Shown: piece by piece, positions 18,275 through 28,023 of the stretch
How positions within the stretch are numbered: position 1 is the first letter of the stretch
How the letters are laid out: each line of letters opens with the position of its first letter
Source: a virus
DNA length: 64,000 nt
Strand: one strand, 5' to 3'
IMG/VR virus record: IMGVR_UViG_3300020595_003017
Coordinates: 126,529 to 190,528 of that record
Notes under the pieces: generated by a model
Database searches by the model: none
The model's input: only the letters and a program-made list of their open reading frames with translations
Told to the model about the DNA's origin: nothing
Program-made: the position numbers and the translations under genes

Positions 18275-21200
18275 ATGAATACTAATAGATTAAATGACAT
18301 AGTAAATCCATACCCTGAAAGATACGCAGACAATACTGGGTTTGACGGATCTGGCGGGAGATCTGGCATAACTTATGACTATGACAACGAGAGAAATAAA
18401 TGGGTTATTGAGGGGATACATGATTCTTTTATAAATTACGGGGCATTTCCAGAAATTGGAACAGTGATAAATTCTGGTGGACCCATAACTGATAATGATA
18501 ATAGTATAACCTTAGAAGATGCCATGGCTTATACTGCTATTTACCCACAAAATGCAACAGTTATCAAGCTAGAACAGCCAAAAAATTTATCTGAAGCTAT
18601 AACACAGTTTGATTTTTCTCCTTTGTCTAGAGCCTCAATGATAACTGAGTTGCAACAAGTATATCAATTTGTTACACAATCGCCCTCTGCTAATTCTCTG
18701 TTAACTGTTTCCGAACTAGCTTTGTATAAAGAGGATAGCGAAGAATTAAATTATCTTAGACTCCCAGCTATAAAATACCAGTCATCTCAAAATAGAACTA
18801 TAAAAATAAGAAAATCTTTTGGTCTAAATCCTACCGAAGCAACCTTGGGAAAAAATATAGAGGAAGCAGACGATATAGAAAACAAAATTCAAACAAAACA
18901 GAGAGATGGGTTAGATTTTGTTGATTGGACTAAGAACCTCCGCCCATCTCAGAGTCCCTCGGTTGTTTATTATAACGCTAGGGATGGATTTATTTACTAC
19001 CTCTCTAGAACAAGATCAAGATCTGCTAATAGCTACGATGCTAAATTTTCTAATGACGGTAACTACCTTGGTAGAAAAAGGACATTTCTTAAGAAAGCTA
19101 CATCAAAAATGCTAGCCTTTATGGAAATAGATTATGTCCCCCAAGAGGACAGAAGAGAATTTGTAAGCAGGTTAGAGTTTTTAACTAAATATGGTGACCG
19201 GGACCGGCCCCCTGCGCCTGATGGAGTATCTGTCTGGCTCCTTGGGGCAAGAGTTCAATTAGCCGATATACAAAGCTTGAAAGATATTGCAACCACCACA
19301 ACACCACCGCCAGAAGTTCAAATAAACGAAGGAAACCAGAAGGGCAAGGGTGGTAAACAAGCTAAGACTAAGAATAAAAACCGCAACAATCAGGTAAACA
19401 CAGTACCATATGAATCTTATTTATCACCCTACCAAATAAGCAAAAAACTAATATCAAATAACTCGGTGAATAGAGGTGTGGTATATCAAATTAAAAACAT
19501 GTTACCAGCCCTGGTTCAAACAGAAAAGGTAATCAGCAATTACTCTGACGCAATTTCAAACGCTAGAGTAACGCCAAGTATGATATCAGGGTTCAATATA
19601 AGGAATCAACTGGAGAATTTTAGATTAACAAATCAATCAGTTCAAAAATTTATTTCTCTGAACGCCTTGCCTAATGAAACCTATGACATGATAGAATTTA
19701 GAATGTCTCCTGAGTTTGAAATAAGATATGCCTTCTATAATGGTTCACTTATTTTGGATGGTCTCGGGTTATCCAAGAAGAATCTCATAAAAGATAATAG
19801 TTCTGAAAATGCGTTCAAAGAATTGACAAACACTTCAGTGGGATATTTTTATTATTCAACTGAGCTATCAACATTTGAGGGTAGAAAAGATATACCACCG
19901 TGGACTACTTTCTTAACTCAATATACATATCCTAATTTAAACGCCAATAGTTTCTTTAAGAGTAAAATAGCAAATACTACCAACCAAGGAAGTTCTACTA
20001 GTTTAAAAGATATATCAAAACTGATGGATGACGGTGATCGGAAAAAAAGCTCTTCACAAAAAATGGCTAAAGCGTCTGGAGACACTAAACTTTTTCCGTC
20101 TGAAAAAGACTTAAGGACAATTAGGGCAAAGAAAGATTTTATCTCTAGTAAAGAACTTCACAATGCCGTAAGAAGTGCTGTTGGTTCTTGTGATACAGGA
20201 TTATCGTCAGCTTTGTCGGAGGCATTTCAAATATATGATCTTGTTAGCAATAGAGCAGATAAAAAAGCTCTGATAGCAGGTATCCTTGTTAAGTCAAAAG
20301 ATGCGATATTATTCCTTCAAAAAAAGTATGCCTTTGAGGTATTAGAAAATCCGGAGAAGATTTTATCTGGAGAATCAGTATTTGAATTTGGTAAATTGAG
20401 AATATCTGCTGATAATGTAGAATCTTATATAAACAGACCTGATTTTTTACTTCAAGAAATTGAAAGGGAAATCTACAGGCAGGTAAGCTGCATATTCGAT
20501 CTTATTGGTGATGGCGTTAATGAGTTAATTCTAGATCCTCTTATTGATGAACCCGGACCACTCAAAACGCTTGTTCGTGACGTTGTTAGCGAAACCAACA
20601 GATCTTCAAAGGCTTATACGGTTGATTTTTTAAGGTACAAGATAACAACCAGAGACAGTCAAAAAGGCTGGCGCTTGGCTGTTGAAAAAATTATTGAGAG
20701 CTTTCTGAAACAAATGATACTAGACATCTTTAAGGATGTTGTTACAGCCTTGCTGGGATGTGGGCCAGAGCAGAGTGAGGATAAAGAAACTGAAAATAAA
20801 AATAAACTATTAGAATCTTACGGAGAGTTGAGGTTAAATCTTTTAATTGAGAACGCCGAAAGCCAAGTTAAGTTGCTTGAAATATGCGAAAACCTAGACA
20901 TAAAAAATACCACTCTTACGGGAGATAACCTAGATCAAGTGACAATAAGTCCAGTGACAGAGGAGCAACTATACCAGCTTCATGAGGATATTTCTGATAC
21001 CTGCACTAAATCAGAGGTGGAGGGATTGCTGGAGGGTAATGCACCCAGGGATCTTGTTGTTGATCTTGTTGATATGACAAATGACAACATTGATATTGGT
21101 GAATATAACAATTTTTTAACTGCCGAACAAAAAGAAATACTCATTCAATCATCTGTCGAAAATAACTTTGATTATGCTGATCCTAGCAGTGTTATTTTCA

Positions 21201-24200
21201 CCAGACTAGCAAAAAATGCAGGTATTAGATTTACTGAGGATAGAAAAGCTCTAGGAATTACAGAGACAGCAAAAATAAGACTTAAAATGTCAGCAGAGTC
21301 TTTTAGATCTGGTGATATTCGTTATGCTACTTTAGATTTTGATGAGAATAAATTAAGAGAGTACTTTAAAGAATTGGGGAAAGCTTTAGGTCCTGATTCA
21401 TTACCAAGTTCACCTTTGGTACCAGAGGATGCATTTTGTGATCCAAAGCTGTTGGCAGCCAGGGGATTAGAAGGTGTGGGAGTATCCTTAGAACAATTAA
21501 ATCTAGAAGTCCAGCAAGGAACCCAAGCAGAATTGACAAAACTTTTAGACTTGTGTGAACTTTTTAATGGAGCTTTTGATGGATTCGATCTTAAATTCTT
21601 TAACAAATGGGAAGAGGGATTACCGATTGCTGAAGGATACAGGGCTATATTAGAGAAAATAGCGTTCTTATCTAGACTTTTTCAGGCGTTTATATCCGAT
21701 GCATTAAGTATGTCAGCCGAGGCTGCTGATGCACCACTTGAAAGACAAAGAACAAGTGTAAGAGACACTCAATTGTGGTCAACTATAACCACAAATTTTG
21801 GGACTCAAAGAATAATACCAAAAGTTAGGATGGTCCCTAACCCCACGGATCGAGAAAAAGATGACGTGTTCCAGTGGTATATATCTGCTGGTGTTGATCA
21901 AACATTTGTTGTTAACTTTCAAATTAGAGGTAACACTGTCTTTCTGGCAGGACAACGACCGAGTGATAGCCCTGAAGATGAAGAAGAATTTATGACTGAA
22001 TCATTAGGGTCTTTTGAACTCAATAGAAATAATGGAATGGGTATCAACAAGGGAACACTGCACAATTACATTAAAGAAGATGGCTTGCTTTTCAGAGCAT
22101 ATAGTGCTGCTTTAGACAATTATAATAATGAGATAGCTACCTCTATTAATGCTTTGGTAGAGAACACTGTAATTAGGTCACGAACTATAGAGGGCGGGTT
22201 TCCGCTAGCGATTGCTAACCCAAACAAAATTGCTGAAATTGTAACTTCATTTTATATCACTAATTCGGACAGACTCAGACCACTAACCCAGGCCATATCC
22301 GAACCACTATTTGCAACTAATGGTGATCCCTGTGTTTTGACACAGCAGGAGAGAATAGCGATCGCTTGTTTAAACTCGATACAGACGAGAATAAGTAATT
22401 TTATATTGAATTCTGGTGTTTTGTTCCCGGCTCTTGGTTGGGGTATGGGTGTTCCCGATATTATTGATATGATTTCTGGGTATTTGGCGAAAAAATTTGA
22501 GTATGAAATGACAGACAAAAAAATGTTTGACATATATCTTAAATCGATGGATGATGTTGACAAAGCTTTTTCTAAAGGACCCGCTAATGCAGCAGGTGTT
22601 TTGTTTGATATATCTACAACAAACGATCTAAGAGAAAAGTTTAAATTAGCAATTAAATTTTCTGTTCAGTCAATGTTCTTTAATATTTCTAAGCAGTCTT
22701 TCGAAAACCCAGGAAGAAATCCTTACGAGAATCAGGCTACTGATAACCGAGGAACAACTCTTTTAAATTATTTACGAACAGGTGAGGTTTTACCCGAGGG
22801 TCGAGATCAAGTTGCTAATTATAACCCATCAAATTCTTTAGCAGGCTTTACAGACGGAGAATTTAATAGACCTGCCGTCGCTCCCACTGTAGCAGCATTG
22901 CAACAAGCAGGTGGTTTTGATGGTTCCGCTGAACTAACCTGGACTCAACAATATGGTTATTATTATATGCCAATATCTCTATTGAACGCATTGACTATGA
23001 TATATTATGATTATGCTGTCAAGCCGCAACAGAGATTACCAAACTTTAAATTTTTTGCAGAAAAAAGAGTAGCTAATGCTGACGATACACTGTTGACTGC
23101 TATAAATCCAGAAAACGTTTCGGCGTTTAGTGAAAGGTTTAGTGGATACCCGCTAACAGTCGCTGGCGAAACATACTACTCAGATGAAGAAGTCATGAAG
23201 GCGATTAAACTTTATGAAAGACAATTTGGAACGTATGAAAGATATCTTAATGTTCTTAAAACGCCTTTATATTCCGGAGGCGATGGTTCATATGACTTCT
23301 TATCATATAAACATGGGGAGGTTAGTTATACCATACTTGGTAATACTCCACAAGAAAACGAGTTTAGAACTTTGCAACTCGGCGCTCTAGAATTTAATAG
23401 TCCTACTTTTACAGACAACTCAGAAAATGATGGAAGAGACTTTTTTAACCCCTTGTATTCAATGTATGTTCCAATATTTAAGAGACTACCAGCAGAGGAA
23501 CAAGATTTTTGGATCAAAGAGGCCTTAAAATATAACTACAGTGATGCATCGTTAGTAAGTTATATTCCTTTGGGAGATGAGATGGGCACCGCTGAACAAA
23601 GAGCCAACCCCAACACACAAAAGGCTTTCGCTTTTTATGAGAGAAAAAGAGTTTTAGAAATAGCTACACCACCAAACGGCGACTACACTTTTATGAGACT
23701 GTATAAGAGAGCTTATTCCACTTTTTTAAATCACAATCCGTATGCACCTGTTGGAGAAAGAACAAGTGACGGCAAAGCGAAAATAAAAGCGTGGGTCTCT
23801 AAAGAAAGAACTGAGGCTCTGGCAAGAAACACATCATCCAATGATGAACTTTCGGGCGTCATTAATTCATATGGCAGTCAGGAAAGAAATAATTTTGATA
23901 TGATAAACTATCCACAACCAGGGCAATGGGGTATTAGGAGAGGTAAGCTTGTATTAGACCCAGATTATTTGCGCCGTGGTGGCGGACCCGCACCGTACAA
24001 CGCCCAGGGCTATCAACTTATTAGTTTGGAGGATGATATTCTATCGTATTGGAAATATCTGATTGCAAACTCAGCGGGCGCTGCGTCATCTAGACAAAAT
24101 GATCTCATTAAGGTTGCCATAAATCATGTTTATTATATATTGAGTTCGTTAACGCAGAGGCATATTGCTAATATTAACCCAGATGATGATAGTTCATCAA

Positions 24201-24235
24201 TTAACATATTAAAAAGGCATTTAGGTTTGAGCTAA
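18275..24235 (+). CDS. Very large hypothetical virion-associated protein (1986 aa)
   Basis: Long uninterrupted ORF between the spike-like gene and gp25; no motif recognised. Confidence 0.7.
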   Translation: MNTNRLNDIVNPYPERYADNTGFDGSGGRSGITYDYDNERNKWVIEGIHDSFINYGAFPEIGTVINSGGPITDNDNSITLEDAMAYTAIYPQNATVIKLEQPKNLSEAITQFDFSPLSRASMITELQQVYQFVTQSPSANSLLTVSELALYKEDSEELNYLRLPAIKYQSSQNRTIKIRKSFGLNPTEATLGKNIEEADDIENKIQTKQRDGLDFVDWTKNLRPSQSPSVVYYNARDGFIYYLSRTRSRSANSYDAKFSNDGNYLGRKRTFLKKATSKMLAFMEIDYVPQEDRREFVSRLEFLTKYGDRDRPPAPDGVSVWLLGARVQLADIQSLKDIATTTTPPPEVQINEGNQKGKGGKQAKTKNKNRNNQVNTVPYESYLSPYQISKKLISNNSVNRGVVYQIKNMLPALVQTEKVISNYSDAISNARVTPSMISGFNIRNQLENFRLTNQSVQKFISLNALPNETYDMIEFRMSPEFEIRYAFYNGSLILDGLGLSKKNLIKDNSSENAFKELTNTSVGYFYYSTELSTFEGRKDIPPWTTFLTQYTYPNLNANSFFKSKIANTTNQGSSTSLKDISKLMDDGDRKKSSSQKMAKASGDTKLFPSEKDLRTIRAKKDFISSKELHNAVRSAVGSCDTGLSSALSEAFQIYDLVSNRADKKALIAGILVKSKDAILFLQKKYAFEVLENPEKILSGESVFEFGKLRISADNVESYINRPDFLLQEIEREIYRQVSCIFDLIGDGVNELILDPLIDEPGPLKTLVRDVVSETNRSSKAYTVDFLRYKITTRDSQKGWRLAVEKIIESFLKQMILDIFKDVVTALLGCGPEQSEDKETENKNKLLESYGELRLNLLIENAESQVKLLEICENLDIKNTTLTGDNLDQVTISPVTEEQLYQLHEDISDTCTKSEVEGLLEGNAPRDLVVDLVDMTNDNIDIGEYNNFLTAEQKEILIQSSVENNFDYADPSSVIFTRLAKNAGIRFTEDRKALGITETAKIRLKMSAESFRSGDIRYATLDFDENKLREYFKELGKALGPDSLPSSPLVPEDAFCDPKLLAARGLEGVGVSLEQLNLEVQQGTQAELTKLLDLCELFNGAFDGFDLKFFNKWEEGLPIAEGYRAILEKIAFLSRLFQAFISDALSMSAEAADAPLERQRTSVRDTQLWSTITTNFGTQRIIPKVRMVPNPTDREKDDVFQWYISAGVDQTFVVNFQIRGNTVFLAGQRPSDSPEDEEEFMTESLGSFELNRNNGMGINKGTLHNYIKEDGLLFRAYSAALDNYNNEIATSINALVENTVIRSRTIEGGFPLAIANPNKIAEIVTSFYITNSDRLRPLTQAISEPLFATNGDPCVLTQQERIAIACLNSIQTRISNFILNSGVLFPALGWGMGVPDIIDMISGYLAKKFEYEMTDKKMFDIYLKSMDDVDKAFSKGPANAAGVLFDISTTNDLREKFKLAIKFSVQSMFFNISKQSFENPGRNPYENQATDNRGTTLLNYLRTGEVLPEGRDQVANYNPSNSLAGFTDGEFNRPAVAPTVAALQQAGGFDGSAELTWTQQYGYYYMPISLLNALTMIYYDYAVKPQQRLPNFKFFAEKRVANADDTLLTAINPENVSAFSERFSGYPLTVAGETYYSDEEVMKAIKLYERQFGTYERYLNVLKTPLYSGGDGSYDFLSYKHGEVSYTILGNTPQENEFRTLQLGALEFNSPTFTDNSENDGRDFFNPLYSMYVPIFKRLPAEEQDFWIKEALKYNYSDASLVSYIPLGDEMGTAEQRANPNTQKAFAFYERKRVLEIATPPNGDYTFMRLYKRAYSTFLNHNPYAPVGERTSDGKAKIKAWVSKERTEALARNTSSNDELSGVINSYGSQERNNFDMINYPQPGQWGIRRGKLVLDPDYLRRGGGPAPYNAQGYQLISLEDDILSYWKYLIANSAGAASSRQNDLIKVAINHVYYILSSLTQRHIANINPDDDSSSINILKRHLGLS

Positions 24236-24273
24236 ATTGTACCTAGAAGAATACTTATAGGAGGAGAGTTAAT

Positions 24274-24681
24274 ATGTCAAATAAAATGCAAGGTTTGTCT
24301 GTGGCTCTGCCGCTTCAATTAGACGCAACTGACGGACCTTATAGATTGAATAAAAATTTAGGACAGGTTATAAAACAAAATTTCAAAAACATGATACTAA
24401 CATCTCCCGGCGAAAGAATAATGATTCCAGACTTTGGTGTTGGATTAAAAAGGATTCTATTTGAAAACTTTTCGAGCAGAACTAAAGAAAGAATTGTAAC
24501 TCAAATTCAAAAACAAATTGACGTCTACATGCCCTTCATAGTTTTAGAAAGAGTAAGTTTTTTGACTAACGAAGATAATAACATGGTGGCTTTAAATGAA
24601 TTAAGAATTACAATTCAATATAACGCTCCATCAATAAACTTTAGCGATACGTTACAATTTACTGAGGAAATCACTACTTAA
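24274..24681 (+). CDS. Baseplate wedge protein gp25-like (GPW/gp25 family)
   Basis: IKQNFKNMILTSPGERIMIPDFGVGLKRILFE, the T.PGER...P.FG signature; strong GGAGGAG RBS. Confidence 0.9.
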   Translation: MSNKMQGLSVALPLQLDATDGPYRLNKNLGQVIKQNFKNMILTSPGERIMIPDFGVGLKRILFENFSSRTKERIVTQIQKQIDVYMPFIVLERVSFLTNEDNNMVALNELRITIQYNAPSINFSDTLQFTEEITT

Positions 24682-24706
24682 TTTTATAGTGATCTGAGGA
24701 TTTTTA

Positions 24707-26500
24707 ATGAAAAAAATAAGACCAATTTCTTATACTAGCAGAGACTTTGATTCAATCAAGGAAGATCTGGTAAATTACGCTAAGAGATATTACCCAAACA
24801 CGTTTCAAGATTTTAACGAGGCCTCGTTTGGTGCAATGATGCTAGACTTAGTGGCGTATGTTGGAGATCAACTTTCATTTTATGTTGATTATCAAGCTAA
24901 TGAAAGTTTCATAGATTCTGCGATTGAGTACAAGAATATTGTAAAATTAGCTAAGCAAATGGGTTTTAAGATGCCAGGTGCTGCCGCATCAGTAGGTAAC
25001 TGTGCTTTCTATGCAATAATACCTGCTTTGTCCTCAAACGGCAATCCGGACTTTTCTTACAGTCCAATATTGAGAAGAGGATCCATACTATCAGCCACAA
25101 ATGGTTTAACATTTACACTAAATGAAAGTGTAGATTTTTCAAGACCAGAAAATGAAATAACTGTAGCAAAAGTAAATACTTCAACCGGGGTTCCTACCCA
25201 TTACGCTATAAAATCATTTGGTCAGGTCATATCTGGACAGTTATATCAAACTGACATTACAGTTGATCAGTATCAGAGATTTCTCAGGTTACCACTAGAA
25301 GCAACAAGTGTTATTGAAATACTCAGTGTTGTCGATAGTCAGGGAAATGAATACTACGAAGTGGACCATTTGACACAGGATGTTGTATTAAATGAAGAAC
25401 CAAACTTTTCAGACGACAAGGATGTTGTTCCAAACATAATGAAAGTAAAGCCTGTACCTAGAAGGTTTGTAACTGAATTTGATTCGTCAGGGAATTGTTT
25501 TTTACAATTTGGTTTTGGTTCTGGTGAAAATTTAACGACTGATTTGGTGGCCGACCCAGCAAATGTTGTCCTTGATATTCATGGAAAAAACCATATTACG
25601 GACGGCAGCTTTGACCCTTCAAATTTAATTAAGACCGACAAGTTTGGTGTTGTTCCGACTAACACCACCTTGACTGTTCGGTACCGATCTAATAATGTTA
25701 GAGAGATAAATGTCGCTGCTGGCGCTGTCACAAAAGTTATATTCCCAGATGTGGTATTTAAGAACAGGGATACTTTAACAGAAGCAACAGCAACTGAAGT
25801 GATCTCAACAATAGAGGTAGAAAACGAGGAGCCAATCCTTGGTGATTCAAATATTATAACAGCCGAAGAGATTAAGCAAAGAGCAATGTCTAGCTTCTCT
25901 TCACAAAATAGAGCCGTCACTCGTACAGATTACATTTCGTTGTGCTACAGAATGCCTGCAAAATTTGGAAAAATAAAAAGAGCCAATATCTTACAAGATT
26001 CTTCAGCACTAAAGAGAAACTTAAATCTTTACGTTTTATCAGAAAACGAAAACGGAAATTTTATAGAAGCAAATTCAACCATTAAGAAAAATTTGAAAGT
26101 TTGGTTAAACAGACATAGAATGCTTAATGATACAATTGATATTTTAAATGCTAAAATAATAAACTACGGTGTTAACTTTGAGATCATAACTGATCTTGGT
26201 GTTAATAAGTTTGAAGTTCTTAGTAGATGTACGGAAAAATTAATTGATAGACTTTCCGTAAGCCACTCAATTGGTGAATCAATTCAAATAACTAATATTT
26301 TCAAAATTTTAAATGAAGTTCCTGGTGTTACAGATACTGTTAATGTTTTCCTAGAAAATAAGGCAGGTGGTATTTATAGTGGTTTCTTTTACGACGTAAA
26401 TGCAAACATTTCTGACGATGGTAGATTTCTAAAAATACCTGATGACGCTGTTGCGGAAATTTTGATACCTCAAACAGATATTGTGGGAGTTATTAGATAA
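24707..26500 (+). CDS. Baseplate wedge subunit (T4 gp6 / baseplate J-like)
   Basis: SYTSRDFDSIKEDL...DFNEASFG.MMLDLVAYVGD.LSFY.D.Q.NE and QNRAVTRTDY motifs. Confidence 0.85.
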   Translation: MKKIRPISYTSRDFDSIKEDLVNYAKRYYPNTFQDFNEASFGAMMLDLVAYVGDQLSFYVDYQANESFIDSAIEYKNIVKLAKQMGFKMPGAAASVGNCAFYAIIPALSSNGNPDFSYSPILRRGSILSATNGLTFTLNESVDFSRPENEITVAKVNTSTGVPTHYAIKSFGQVISGQLYQTDITVDQYQRFLRLPLEATSVIEILSVVDSQGNEYYEVDHLTQDVVLNEEPNFSDDKDVVPNIMKVKPVPRRFVTEFDSSGNCFLQFGFGSGENLTTDLVADPANVVLDIHGKNHITDGSFDPSNLIKTDKFGVVPTNTTLTVRYRSNNVREINVAAGAVTKVIFPDVVFKNRDTLTEATATEVISTIEVENEEPILGDSNIITAEEIKQRAMSSFSSQNRAVTRTDYISLCYRMPAKFGKIKRANILQDSSALKRNLNLYVLSENENGNFIEANSTIKKNLKVWLNRHRMLNDTIDILNAKIINYGVNFEIITDLGVNKFEVLSRCTEKLIDRLSVSHSIGESIQITNIFKILNEVPGVTDTVNVFLENKAGGIYSGFFYDVNANISDDGRFLKIPDDAVAEILIPQTDIVGVIR

Positions 26501-28023
26501 TGGGTATAAAAAGATATTTTGCAACACAAGACAATACAATTTCTAATGCCTTTAAGGCTGATCTAAAAAATCGAGGAACAGGATCCAATATGGGAGCCTC
26601 AGATATACTAGAGGCATTTGTTATACATGGACAGACATCAGCATCTATTGACTCTAATAGTGCAGAACAGTCAAGAATTTTACTTCAATTTGACATGAAT
26701 CAGGTATTAGATGATATTGCCAACGGTGTGATCCCGTCATCTAGTGTTGATTTTCGTCTCAAGATGTACAACGCACCCCACACAGACACAACTCCTCTTA
26801 GCTATAGTTTAAATGTGATAATGCTTACTCAGTCCTGGGAAGAAGGACGGGGATTAGACATGGACAGTTACACAGACCTAGGGGTGTGCAATTGGGTAAG
26901 TTCTAGTAAAGGAACTTTCTGGGGCTCAAATCCTGCAAATCCAGCGACCGCTATCACTGGTGGATATTTTGAGACAGGTGAGAACGCATCTGCGAGTTAT
27001 TTCTTTTCAGGCGGCCTGGAAGATTTAGATGTCAATGTTAATTTTGCTGTGGATCGCTGGCGCTCGTCGGGCTCAACTTATAACAACGGATTTATTTTGA
27101 AACACACTGACGAGGTTATAGCTGGAGCAAAAGGAACCTTTTTTACCAAGAAGTTTTTTGGTAGAAACAGTGAGTTTTATTTTAAAAGACCTGTTCTTGA
27201 GGCTCGTTGGGATTCATCAAGAAAAGATAATAGAGGTAATTTTATTGTTAGTAGTAGTCTTGCTGATGGTACAGATAATTTAAATACTCTTTTTCTCTAT
27301 AATAACGTTCGAGGACAGCTAAAAAATATACCGGGACTCAAAGACAATCAATTATTGGTAAAAGTTTACAGTGGTAGTGCCACCTCTCCCGGAACACAAA
27401 GCGTTTTAATAATTGACTCAGACAACAATGCGGAACATCATTTAACAGGTGGAATCCTTATTGAAAATGGTGTAGAGGTATCAGGTGTTTATACTTGTTC
27501 TTTTGCAACAACATCCTCTAATGATTATTTGTACGATGTCTGGCATACTGCATCGGCTGTTGGTAATATAACAGAATTTTTTACTGGGTCATATGAGCCA
27601 ACAACATTGAGGGCTTTAGAGCTTGTGTATTCAGATGAGTATATAACTGATATAACAAATCTTAAGAGTTCTTATATAAAGGGGCAACAACCAAGACTAA
27701 GAGTATTCCCAAGAAAGAAAAACTGGAATCCAAATATTTATACGGTTGCAACTGCGGAAGTTGTGCCTGAAATAATTGAAGATGCGTACTATAGGTTGCA
27801 TAGGGAAGTTGACAATTTAGAAGTTGTTCCGTTTGGAACAGGAAGTTCAGTCAAGGACTATACTAGAATGTCGTATGATGTTAGTGGTAGCTACTTCCAA
27901 GTTGACACCAATTATTTAGAACCGGGCTATACATATAAAATTCAATTTGTATACTATTTACAAGGAGAGTATAGACAACAGCCCGAAGTTTTCAAATTTA
28001 GGGTCGAAGAACCTGCGCCATGA
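26500..28023 (+). CDS. Putative virion structural protein
   Basis: 507-aa beta-rich, S/T/G-rich ORF translationally coupled to the gp6-like gene; ends RP.LEARWD...Y..QF.Y...FKFRV. Confidence 0.6.
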   Translation: MGIKRYFATQDNTISNAFKADLKNRGTGSNMGASDILEAFVIHGQTSASIDSNSAEQSRILLQFDMNQVLDDIANGVIPSSSVDFRLKMYNAPHTDTTPLSYSLNVIMLTQSWEEGRGLDMDSYTDLGVCNWVSSSKGTFWGSNPANPATAITGGYFETGENASASYFFSGGLEDLDVNVNFAVDRWRSSGSTYNNGFILKHTDEVIAGAKGTFFTKKFFGRNSEFYFKRPVLEARWDSSRKDNRGNFIVSSSLADGTDNLNTLFLYNNVRGQLKNIPGLKDNQLLVKVYSGSATSPGTQSVLIIDSDNNAEHHLTGGILIENGVEVSGVYTCSFATTSSNDYLYDVWHTASAVGNITEFFTGSYEPTTLRALELVYSDEYITDITNLKSSYIKGQQPRLRVFPRKKNWNPNIYTVATAEVVPEIIEDAYYRLHREVDNLEVVPFGTGSSVKDYTRMSYDVSGSYFQVDTNYLEPGYTYKIQFVYYLQGEYRQQPEVFKFRVEEPAP

